From positions 1 to 64,000 of the forward strand of contig KZ538019.1 of assembly GCA_000934665.2 (NCBI GenBank): a DNA stretch of 64,000 nt, in the 5' to 3' direction. Of this stretch, positions 53,501-63,200 are shown piece by piece. Positions within the stretch are counted from its first letter, which is position 1. Every line of letters begins with the position of its first letter. The stretch is from Catajapyx aquilonaris (Eukaryota). The notes under the pieces were generated by a model. The model saw only the letters and a program-made list of their open reading frames with translations, was not told where the DNA came from and made no database searches. The position numbers and the translations under genes were made by a program.

Positions 53501-56500
53501 AGTTTCTGGAAGCATCCCGTAAGTAGTCGATTCGTATTAAATTACTGCACGATCAATTTGCTCTGTTTCACACTGTATTAAAGTTTGCAATGAAAGCCGC
53601 AATTATTGCTGGCATTGTTAGAAAATGAGAGAGTCAGCATGCAAATAAGTGATTGAAATGACAATTTTTAGCATGTCGGGTGAGGATTGATAATTAATAA
53701 TTATAGTCATTGTGATTATTTAAGCCATGCAGATTTTCCGTTAATGCAAAACTGCACGTAAACAGCAGTCTCCTCATGATTCTATTCCATGGCTATAAAA
53801 TAGTACCCCACTTTTTTTTTCAAAAGTAACTGGGTAATTTGTGCTACTTTATTCACCTGCCCCAGCTTATGTTATGGCAATACAGGGTTTTGCTTGCACA
53901 TGTGAGCACCAACTTATACACACAAAAAAACCTGTTTTCCTGAACGGCCTGCCTTTAGTGCAACATAACCGGCCAAGTTGGAACACCTTGAATTTTTACA
54001 ATTTGCAGAAATATTTGTCAGACTGGGCGTATGTCTTGAAGCAGGTTTTATCAGGGTTTTATTTGCAGCTGTTGTCTGTCTCGAAGGTCTAGCGTACTCG
54101 CAATAATCATTTCACTGAGTCATGGGTTTGGGCTAGTCAAAACAGGAGGTGTAACGAGAGCGGTACATCCCTTGATTTTCATTAATGGCCAGCTGAATGG
54201 ACAGCGTCAGATTTGTTTTGAGTACGCAAAGGAAGTTGTACGGTGATAGGTGATGCCTGGAAATTCAGCTGAGTCCGTGTATTTTGAAGGGAGTGTAAGG
54301 AACCCTGAGTCTGTGCCCCCTGAAAACAAAATGGTCTTGCAGCATCATCAGGGAAAGTGGGTTGCTACAGCTCGTGTGTCACTTGTCCAAGAGCCTGGAA
54401 CGGCCATCAGTGAAAATTACAAGTCACATTATGAGGGACCGGGAGCTGGGGAGGGAGGGAAAAAAAGGGACATTTTGGAACAGCTGCTGGTCACGATTGC
54501 AGTTCTCGGTGACAGTAAAAATTGCGGTTGGAGTTAAAGTGGTCATGACTTCCACATTATGGGGGCGTCCATAAAAGAAGCCCACAGAAGGGCCTAAATA
54601 TTGTCAAATCAACGTAGCCTTGGAGTCGCTTTCTATTCCCAACCCTATTCCCAGCCAAGTTGTCGGATGAATGCACAATACAATTTTGAGTGCTGAGTGC
54701 TCTATCGCAGAGGAAATTGAAATGAATCATAGATATTGTGTGTGAAGCTGTTAAGTTCATGCACCACTCACGTGCAGTTTAATAGATACTTTTTTTTTCT
54801 GCATTGCACAGATAAACTTCATGGTTATCGTCAGCAGTTTTTTGAGTTAATGGCAATTCTTGCGTCAGGAAATTGCATGTTATAGATGGCGGGGAGAGAC
54901 AGGAGAAAGAAGAGTTACGATTCTCTTCCTGGATAAGATTTCATGACCAGCTTTGGTAATTAGAGTCACTACAGTGACCTTGGACAATCAGCGTTAGGTT
55001 AACCAGTCATTGAAATGCCCCAGCAGACTTGGGTTTTTTTGCAGTTCAGATCTTTTTTTCCCCAGTTACCTCACCCAGCTTTGTGAAGGTCAGGGAAAAT
55101 GGAATATATAACTACCCATTTTCTGAAGTACATACGAATATAATGTGTTAGTAGCGGGACGAGAAATTGCATAATAGTTTGCACACGGACACAGTTTAGA
55201 GTTCCACTTGCAGCCGAAGGTTGTGCACGTTTTATTTGTTCTGTGTCATTTTGGGAGGGACCAGATGAAACTCGATGGAACAGGCTAGATTGTTTCACTG
55301 GCCTAACAAACTCTCACTGCACACACATCCTGTTTTGGGGGACTAAACAGGACTGTTCCTCACTGGTTGAGTCTCCAGGGGCGAAGGAGCAGGATTATAA
55401 ATTTTCTCTGCAAAAGGTTGGGTGGCAAGGGCAAGTGAGAGTTTCGCAATGCTTGTTCGTCCAGATTTTTTCTTTCTTTCTCTCTCAACTTTGATGCGTT
55501 TTAGTTGTGAAATATATTTCTTTTTGTGCACATTGCGGTTGATATATGCATAATTTTAATTGTGTTTTTTTCTGCCGTTTCTGGGTGAGAATTCTGTAAA
55601 ATGTGTTTTATCATATTCGGTGTAATAGGCCACATCACCTGGTCTGAATACCTGTCTTAAACATCCGTACACGTTGCCTGCTATGCCATGTGCAAATGCA
55701 AATTTGCAGCCTGCAATGACTCAACCTCGCATGGTTGGCTATTCAATTTCTGTTAAGCACCGGCATGCAAACCACTCCCTGATTGAAATAAAGAAATATT
55801 TCCTCTTCCTTGGCAGGTATACGTGACGACGATCAGTGTGGCGCCCGCCTTTTCCAACTATCGCAGCAGCTGCCCGAGCACCACCGCTCCACCCTGCGCT
55901 ACCTATTAGCGCATTTCTGCCGGTTGTGCCAGATGCAGAGTGCCCGTGGCATCCGCGAGCCTCCAACCAGTCTTGTTCAGGTGCTTTGCCACGTCTTCCT
56001 GCGCCCGCCTTGGGACCGAATCATACAGGTGGGTCTCGCCTAACCATTTGGGAAGCACCAATGTAAATGTGCATTGTAATCAACATGTATATTTGATGCA
56101 GGTGGTGTACAACACGGAAGCACATATCCGCATCGTGGAGCTGCTTTTGCTGAAAGGCTCCTGGGGAGAGACTCTTCCCGAGTTTGCATCTGCACCGGCT
56201 GTTCCTCCACGGAAGATATCCAGGGCACAATACATGGTGGAAGAACCAGAAGAGGAGAGGGCAGTCCCACTGCCAGCCGATGCACCCCAGACTCTGAGCG
56301 AGGCTGAGTGGTACTGGGGGGACATCACCCGGGAAGAGGTCAATGAGAAGCTGAAAGATGCACCTGACGGTACCTTCCTAGTGAGGGATGCGTCTAGTAA
56401 AGGAGGGGAATACACCTTGACTCTTCGCAAAGGCGGGAGCAATAAGCTTATAAAGATCTGCCACCGAGGTGGGAGGTATGGCTTCTCCGAGCCGTACAAG

Positions 56501-57874
56501 TTTGGATCTGTTGTGGAGCTGATCAACCACTATCGGCATGTGTCACTGGCGCAGTACAACATTACTCTGAATGTGACACTGCTCTACCCAGTGTCCAGGT
56601 TCCAGCAGGTGAGAGCTACACCACTTCTTCATGTCTAGACAAAACTTTAAATGACGAACAAGTGAACTAACCTCTGCATTGTTCTTGTTCCAGTCTGAAG
56701 ATGTGGTGGGCAGCACGACAGATGTGGACAAGGTAGCCCAGAAGCTGCGTGAGATCAACCGCGATTACCTGGCCAAGTCAAGGCAGTACGACCAGTACTA
56801 CGAGGACTATTCCAAGACCAGCCAGGAGATTCAGCTGAAGCGGCAGGCCCTGGATGCCTTCAATGAGGCCGTGTGCATGTTTGACGAGCAGCTCAAGCTC
56901 CATGAGAAGTTCCAGTGTGAGGCGCAACCCCACGAGATCAGGGGGTTAATGGAGAACTACGACATGCTGAAAGGAAGACTAGCGTCCATCAAGGAGAGCA
57001 GGGAACAGCTGGATGAGAACCTGAAGAAGAGGGCAGCCTACAACCGCACCTTGGACAGGGAGATGAATTCACTCAAACCGGAGATCATCCAGCTGTACAA
57101 GCAGAGAGAGCAGCATCAGCTGTGAGTACTTTGAAGCATTCTATGGGCAGAACTTGTGCTGCATAACCTAGTAACCTGTACACACATTTCCTGTAGCATA
57201 AGTGTGCATAACTGGCATACTCATTACCACAAACATGTAACCAACATTTGTTCGCCAACAGGTGGCTGCTGGGCAGAGGCATGAAGCAGGAGCAGATGGA
57301 CAAGCTTCTCACTGGTAGCTCTAACGAAGGGAATGACTCCACTTGGGGAAGCGGCAACACCGGTGGGATAGGAAGCTCTGGGAGCATCGGAAGCACCTCC
57401 ACCCTCAGCACCCTCAGCACCCTCTCTGGGAGAGGAGAAACGGAGCAGGAAGACACCTTGTGTGCCCACCAGGACGAGAAGACCTGGCTTTTGTTGGACA
57501 CTTCCAGAGGGGAGGCTGAGCGCCTGCTGCAGGGTCGTGCTAATGGGACTTTCCTGATCCGCCCAAGTCGAACCGGGCAGTACGCACTGTCAATAGTGTC
57601 ACAGGGGCAGGTAGCGCACTGCATAATATACGAAACGGCCGCTGGGTTTGGCTTTGCAGAGCCATACAACATTTATCCCAACTTGAGGAGCCTGGTCCTG
57701 CATTACGCGCACAATTCATTGGAAGAGCACAACGACGCGCTCAACACCACCCTGGCCTACCCTCTGTATGGACCCCAGCCGGACAATGCGTACGTGCACG
57801 TAGTGGCCCAGCAGAGTCAGGGGCAAATGGCTCCTCCGCAGCAGGCACCTCCCTCCCCACCCCAGAACAGGTGA
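35499..57874 (+). CDS. PIK3R1: PI3K class IA regulatory subunit (p85-like), multi-exon gene with C1-SAM-C1-RhoGAP-SH2-iSH2-SH2 architecture. Long isoform is 5'-partial: 35499-35546, 40206-40309, 43943-44077, 49157-49379, 50550-50648, 51703-51888, 53390-53518, 55817-56028, 56102-56608, 56694-57121, 57262-57874. Alternative isoform starts with exon 39548-40309 (3294 nt CDS, 1097 aa).
   Basis: Manual splicing gives one continuous frame with GT-AG introns and matching phases. nSH2 ([29 protein letters not shown]) and cSH2 (HQDEKTW...GTFLIRPS...FAEPYNIY) closely resemble vertebrate p85. The symbol denotes the PIK3R1/2/3 (Pi3K21B) family, not strict 1:1 orthology. Confidence 0.93.
39548..40309 (+). 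CDS. Alternative first coding exon of the p85-like gene ([12 protein letters not shown]...HNKEV), reading through the internal acceptor at 40205/40206
   Basis: 254-codon open frame with strong GC3 bias like the other exons, an in-frame upstream stop at 39509, and a phase-0 donor GTG|gtgagt compatible with the SAM exon at 43943. Confidence 0.75.
40206..40309 (+). CDS. Internal exon of the p85-like gene: C-terminal half of C1 domain 1 ([19 protein letters not shown]...)
   Basis: Acceptor cacttttgtcatctag|AG in phase 1 matches the 35546 donor and completes the C1 Cys/His pattern. Confidence 0.85.
42154..42175. repeat. (TG)n microsatellite
   Basis: Direct reading of the sequence. Confidence 0.85.
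42360..42503. other. Assembly gap (Ns)
   Basis: N run flanked by poly-T and poly-C. Confidence 1.
43462..43499. other. Assembly gap (Ns)
   Basis: N run flanked by poly-G. Confidence 1.
43943..44077 (+). CDS. p85-like exon: N-terminal part of SAM domain ([45 protein letters not shown])
   Basis: Typical SAM pattern W..V..W..Y...F....I.G..LL.L; ttttctttgcag acceptor, TTG|gtgagt donor, phase 0-0. Confidence 0.92.
47951..48008. repeat. 29-bp tandem duplication (2 copies)
   Basis: tcacatcgccacttcaggatgcacatgca / tcacatcgtcattgcaggatgcacatgcg. Confidence 0.8.
49157..49379 (+). CDS. p85-like exon: end of SAM ([14 protein letters not shown]) and start of C1 domain 2 ([32 protein letters not shown])
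   Basis: ccacag acceptor, CAAG|gtatag donor, phase 0-1; H-x12-C-x2-C pattern. Confidence 0.92.
50550..50648 (+). CDS. p85-like exon: end of C1 domain 2 ([18 protein letters not shown]...)
   Basis: ttttttcag acceptor, CCG|gtgagt donor, phase 1-1; completes the C1 pattern. Absent from the ORF track. Confidence 0.9.
51703..51888 (+). CDS. p85-like exon: start of RhoGAP/BH domain (VFGLGL...[13 protein letters not shown]...LYKVYRTSA)
   Basis: RhoGAP N-terminal motifs VFG..L and P..V..C...E; tttacag acceptor, GAAG|gtgaga donor. Confidence 0.92.
51896..52026 (+). promoter_or_regulatory. Cluster of CTCF-like motifs immediately after the 51888 donor
   Basis: CAGATGTCGCTAGTG (51896), CAGATGGCGATAGCG (51940), CAGATGTCGCCACTG (51980), and a reverse CGCTAGATGCCAC (about 52014-52026). 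Confidence 0.4.
53390..53518 (+). CDS. p85-like exon: RhoGAP core ([29 protein letters not shown])
   Basis: Signature [10 protein letters not shown]; ttatttcag acceptor, CCC|gtaagt donor, phase 1-1. Confidence 0.93.
55817..56028 (+). CDS. p85-like exon: RhoGAP C-terminal region ([19 protein letters not shown]...[12 protein letters not shown])
   Basis: RhoGAP LP..H..TL.YL..H motif; cttggcag acceptor, CAG|gtgggt donor, phase 1-0. Confidence 0.92.
56102..56608 (+). CDS. p85-like exon: end of BH domain, Pro-rich PAVPPRK, N-terminal SH2
   Basis: Strong similarity to p85 nSH2, including the FLVR motif and YTLTLRKGG; phase 0-0. Confidence 0.96.
56694..57121 (+). CDS. p85-like exon: inter-SH2 coiled coil (p110-binding)
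   Basis: [31 protein letters not shown] and [14 protein letters not shown] match the p85 iSH2; ttccag acceptor, CT|gtgagt donor. Confidence 0.96.
57262..57874 (+). CDS. p85-like terminal coding exon: end of iSH2, Ser/Gly linker, C-terminal SH2, Pro/Gln tail, stop TGA
   Basis: cSH2 motifs [15 protein letters not shown] and [12 protein letters not shown]; phase-2 acceptor ccaacag. Confidence 0.95.
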
Positions 57875-59483
57875 GGGAGGGTCAGATGGTTCGGATCTCT
57901 CGACTGTGATATACATTATTTTTTCTGTTGTTTTTTTTAAATGAAAGAGTGGCCCCTCAAAAAAGTGCCATATGAAAAGGAAGGAAAAAAAAATTAATTG
58001 TGCGTGCCCCACAAGCCTAGTGCAAGAGCGGACATGAGTTGGCCCATGCATGACGCGGAGGGATCGTAGTTTGGCCCGTGAAGATTGGCGCCTGCAAGTT
58101 GGCTCGACCAATCAAGAAAGCATGTCTGATGCTTAAAGCCCAACAAAAAGGCATGTTCTTTCAATTTCCCCAAAGGCCAGTGATAGAAGTGAATGTGTCT
58201 CGGGGCCTCCTTCCCTCCGCCGAGGGCGACCACGTAATTTGCTCTCATTTCCACTCTTGCACTAGGCTTGATTGAGCCTCGCCTCCACCCCGGGAAAGTA
58301 AGAGGAAGAGTATCGGATGTATTCCTAGTCAGACTGAGCTTGGCAATAGTTTTTGGGCGGGTGCTACCAGAGAGAAGTTTTGCTTTATGTGGGGGTCGGA
58401 GGAGAGTCGGTGGGAGGGAAATGTATGCCACGGAGGTAAAAACACAAAAAAGAAATGTGAATAGAGGCAGGCTGTGTTGTGGAGTTTGGAGATTCCAGTG
58501 GATTTCTTTGTGATCAGTGTACTCCGAGTGTGGACATTTGTTGTTAGTCGTCAGAAATGGAAATTTAACATGCCCCCTCCCCCTGCCCAGTCCCCCCAAC
58601 CACCCCCTCCATTTCTGATATTAAAAGCCAATTGAGGCGGTTTACTTTCAAGAGAAAAAAAGTCTTCAAAATTCGCCTCTCCCGCTCTGCACTGTTCGTA
58701 AGGGGGCCGGTTGTCCAAACGCAAATTACGGAAAGTCTCTGATTATGTATAGGTATTCACAAGTTGTAACCAGTAAAAAAATAATAATTCCGTCATTTGA
58801 ATCTGCTTCCGCCCCAAAGTGCAGAGTAAAAAAAAAAATGACATTGAATGGACTTTTTTTGAAGTTTCACACTTTATCTCTTTTCCCCTCAACCTGATCT
58901 CGTTATACTTGTAAATGAGTACAAAGTGATGTTTTTTGAACTCTTTGGAAAGAGAAAAAGTCGTTGTTATAGTGCCAGGTATACTTGTATACAAATTTGC
59001 TTTGCTCTTTGTTTATTTTAAAAATTGTGATTATTGACAAATGTTTTACCTCTTCTTTTTTTTCCGTGCTTCCTATTACCCTACCCCTCACTACGGAAAA
59101 CCCCCAGGACTGGTTATTCACACCAAGTGTATTGGATTTGGAGTACATACGGAAAAAAAAATACCCACCATGATACGTAGTATATTTCATCTGTATCCAA
59201 GTTGTTTTTAAAACGAGTTTATTGCGCCCTGTCACGTGTAAAAATTGAGAAGAAGAAACAAAAAGCGCTGCAAGTCAATGGCAGCACTTTTTTTTAAACT
59301 CGGCAATTTTTTTTTCCCCCAATGCTGTGTGTGAGTTGAGTCAAGGCCAGCGATTCTTTTTGTTATTTTTTTATCAAGAGACTACAAGAGGGCATTGTAA
59401 GTTATGCAAGTGTTTGAATGGACAAGCCGATTTTTTTTTTTTTTGCTTGTTTCAACAGGTATCAAAAGTGTAGGTAAATGTGT

Positions 59484-59489
59484 AATAAA
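59484..59489 (+). terminator. Candidate polyadenylation signal (AATAAA) of the p85-like gene
   Basis: AATAAA about 1.6 kb after the stop, at the end of an AT/T-rich UTR-like stretch and followed by GT/T-rich sequence. Confidence 0.5.
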
Positions 59490-60039
59490 TGTGTTTTTTT
59501 CATAAACCATTCGTTGTTTACTTATCCCGTTGCCTTTATCAGTCAGGAATACCTCTTTGGTACAGCGGGTTTCGTTCCAGACCCCCTGGTGCGGGTAAAG
59601 CAAGCATGTACGTAAATGCTATACATCTGGTATGAAGTGTGCAATAATAGTGCTGGGCTGAAACAAAAGTTAGTAATGCTAAGTGCATATTCCGCAAGAG
59701 CAAGGCTATTAATAGAAATGAATTGAAATGTGATGCAACGTGAGGTCTTGCCATAATCTGATTAAACTGCAATAATTATATTGTTTGGTAAAAATAGATG
59801 GCATAATGACGGACAGGGACAGGTCAATCAATTGGAGCAGCCAAATCCTCCCGACGCGACGTCTGCTCTGGTTACATTCGTAATGAGCTAATTGCATTGA
59901 ATAGTGTGCAAATAATGCCTCTTTGTGCACTGTCGCATTTTCCAAGAGGTCATATTTGCTGAAATATACGGTACTGTGTAATTATTGCGCATCTGATGAT
60001 ACTATCGCCAGCAATACCATCAAGAGTACTGTGTGATTC

Positions 60040-60050
60040 CAAGATGGCGC
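60040..60050 (+). promoter_or_regulatory. YY1/PHO-like motif CAAGATGGCGC just upstream of the ERI3 start; its ATG opens a short uORF (MAPLMK*, 60044-60064)
   Basis: Matches the AAGATGGCG core typical of TATA-less housekeeping promoters and 5' UTRs; lies about 50 nt upstream of the first in-frame ATG. Confidence 0.35.
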
Positions 60051-60091
60051 CCTTGATGAAGTGAAAATAATGTTGAGATTATTTTTATGAG

Positions 60092-60244
60092 ATGCTGAAG
60101 TCTCTTCTGACCCACCCTGCTTGGCTGAAGCGACTGGCAGGGACGAAGAAGATGGGCGAGGGGATCAGGAGGCAGGAGTTCGACTCCTTCCTGGTGCTGG
60201 ACTTTGAGGCCACCTGTCTCAAGGACCAGAAGATCAACCCGCAG
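60092..60244 (+). CDS. ERI3: ERI3 exon 1 (MLKSLL...FLVLDFEATCLKDQKINPQ)
   Basis: ExoI motif; donor CAG|gtatgg. Start codon is ambiguous (60092 or 60152). Confidence 0.85.
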
Positions 60245-63200
60245 GTATGGGATTGACTGAAAGGAAGGAAATGAATAATGGCCAAGGCTTCTTTATTTCA
60301 ATGCCAGGAGGTGATCGAGTTCCCCTGCCTGAGGCTGGACGGACGCACCCTGGAGGAGGTGGGTCGCTTCCACCAGTACGTCAGGCCAGAGGCTCATCCC
60401 AAGCTGACAGACTTCTGCGTGCAATTGACTGGGATCAGCCAGGTGAATGCCGTCGCTCTGCCTGTGCAGTATCAGTAACCGGCAGGCATGAGATGTAGTT
60501 CACTAATCATAAATGTTGCAGCTCAGACGGGCAAGGCAAAAGGCGCATGAGATGCAGAGGAAGAGAAATTAACCGACATGGCTTAGCAGGTGTCCACAAC
60601 CATTGCTTTTCACAGGAGCACCTGTTTGCCAGTAAAATGCCAGTGTTGTTGTGGCATACCTTGGTGTCTGCTGATGTTATTTCAGTAAGGCTCAGCAGAC
60701 AGCTGAGACACTTGTTCATATTGCAATATTATAAGTACCGATATATCAAATGTGCTGCCTGATTCAGCTGCATTTTGCAATAGTAACTGCTAAGAGTTCG
60801 TTGATACTTCCTTTTCGAGCATAGCAGGTGTTGTTTTTATCTGCATTAAGGGCTGAATCTTCGACATATCGTGCAAACCTGCGGGAGGGGCGCGCAAACG
60901 GGCTGCCCGTTTGCGCGCCCCTCCCACAGGTTTGCACGATACGTCAAAGATTCAGCCCTAAATTGTTTTGAATGATTTTGCAAGCATTTTGACAGTAGTA
61001 GGTCTGATGCCAATGTGAAATACGTGTAGGGTAAGGCTACATTTGGGTCTCTGAAATACAACTAAAAGATTTGGCATGTGCCTTTCACATGATGTGACCA
61101 TGGATTCTCATTGTTGGTAACCCCTGCTTTATTTCTCCCTACATGTAGGAGACTGTGGACGATGCCTCCACATTTGATGCCACTTTCTCACGCTTTGTAG
61201 ACTGGGTGAAGCAGGAAGGCTTGCTGCAGCAGAGGTTTACCTTTGTAACCTGCGGTGACTGGGACCTGAAGATAATGTTGCCATCGCAGTGTCAGAGGTT
61301 GGGGATCCCCATCCCATCTTACATGGCCTCGTGGATTAACATCAAGAAGGTAATGTCATGGATTGATGATTATTAATAATGTGAATTAATTTATTCCTAT
61401 TTTATTACAGTCCTTTGCTCACGTGATGGAGTGTTACCCACGACACTTGCCACACATGCTGGACCTGTTGGAGTTGCCTCACTTGGGAAGACTTCACAGC
61501 GGAATTGGTCAGGGACTTTTTGACACCATGATGCTCATTTTTAAGCACTTGCTTTAAACCAGTTAAACAAGGTGTCCCACTCGCTACTTTACCTGGCATT
61601 TCTTTCATAACTTAAACACGAATGAAGATATCGCAACGAAATTTGAACTGAACTAACCTCATTATGTGAGAAAGGAAATGGCATCACAACATGTGCTGGA
61701 AAAGGTCACCATATGCGTCCAGGTAGGTCTGAACATGACGCTCCATATTATGGAAGATCCTGGCCAGCATGACCTGATACACTGCCTGAATTTCTTGGAT
61801 GATGTTTTCTCTCAAGGTGTCGATGGATTGTGGTTTGTGTCAGTACTCACACCTTTCAGAAAGGCCCATAAGAAATAATCAGGAGGCATAAGATAGGGTG
61901 ACCATGGTGACCTTCTTAATGACTCTGTCACCAAAATATACTGAATTTTGGCCATGCTGACATGTGATGGGTAGTATGTGTACCGAAACTCCACAATCCA
62001 TGGACGCCTTGAAAGGCAACTACATAAATTCAGGCAGTGCAGGTCAGGACATTCCAAATTATGGAGTGTCGTGCTCAGACCTGCCTGAACGCAAATTTCG
62101 AGCTCATGTTGTGATGCCATTTCCTACCTCACATAATGACGTTAGTTCAGTTCAAATTTCATTGCGATTAATGCGATATAATCATTTGTGTTAAAGCTAT
62201 TAAAGAAATGCCTGGTAAGGTAGCGAGTGGGACCGCCTACGCCTGTACTTTAGAGGCTGGGAATGATTTTATCTGATAATACTTGACGTAATGGAAAGCA
62301 TATCTGAGACCTCCCTGGTCATGGGGAGAATGTTTTGGCTCAGAAAGATGCAAAATTACCTGAAATGTAGACATGTTCGCATCTCTCTCTGGTTTTTGCT
62401 TCTGCATTCATAAATGGAGTTTCCACTTGCAAAACATACATAAACACAAAGTATAGACAATTAGTATATACATATTTACCTTTCATGGAATTTGCCCAAC
62501 AAACATTCTTGTTGTCACACCAATCCCACAGCAGCTAGGTGAGTAAAGATTGACATTGACAAAATATGACACACGTTCTTCGCCCTCCCAATCACGTTTG
62601 TGATAACTGGTCTGGCATTTGACCAATTGGTATTAGTTTCTTAAATTTCCTGCCACATTCTCCTCTCGGAATGTCCAATAAGCCCAATATGTTGTTAGCA
62701 GATTATAATTTTGATAGTCACTAAAAGTAACTGAAGTAATTAATGATATTTCTATTGAAACACACCATATCAGTGACAGTATTGAAAGAAGAAACTGTCT
62801 TTCCCGATCCTCTGCCCACCCAAGTTCTATTCATTACCGCAACAAGTGGGTTTAACCCTTAACTACGTAGGTGGAGCCTGAGAGGCTCCAAGCACTATTT
62901 AAACGCATGTAACTTTTTCATTGAATTTTATTTTCCCCTGTCCTTCCGTGACTTTGTCAGAAAAACCTTCCTAAGCATGAAAAGGAAAGAAATATTTTTT
63001 AGTCCCTATTGTTTGGTTTAAAAAAATTCGTAACGAGGAACAGGTCCCTCCTGGAACTGCTCAGGCTCTATATCTCAGGTGAAGCCTGAGCGGCTCAAAC
63101 ACATGATGTAACCTTTTAATTAAGAATTTTTCCCTGTCGGAATATGCTGACTCAGCGTGTGATTCTTTATGTTTTCGGAAGCCTAATGATCTGAACTGCA

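Noticed and set aside
56021..58111. Minus-strand ORFs of 131-195 aa over the SH2 exons
   Set aside because: Antisense shadows of real + strand exons.
57994..58599. 201-aa minus-strand ORF in the 3' UTR
   Set aside because: Low-complexity UTR sequence with no domain similarity.
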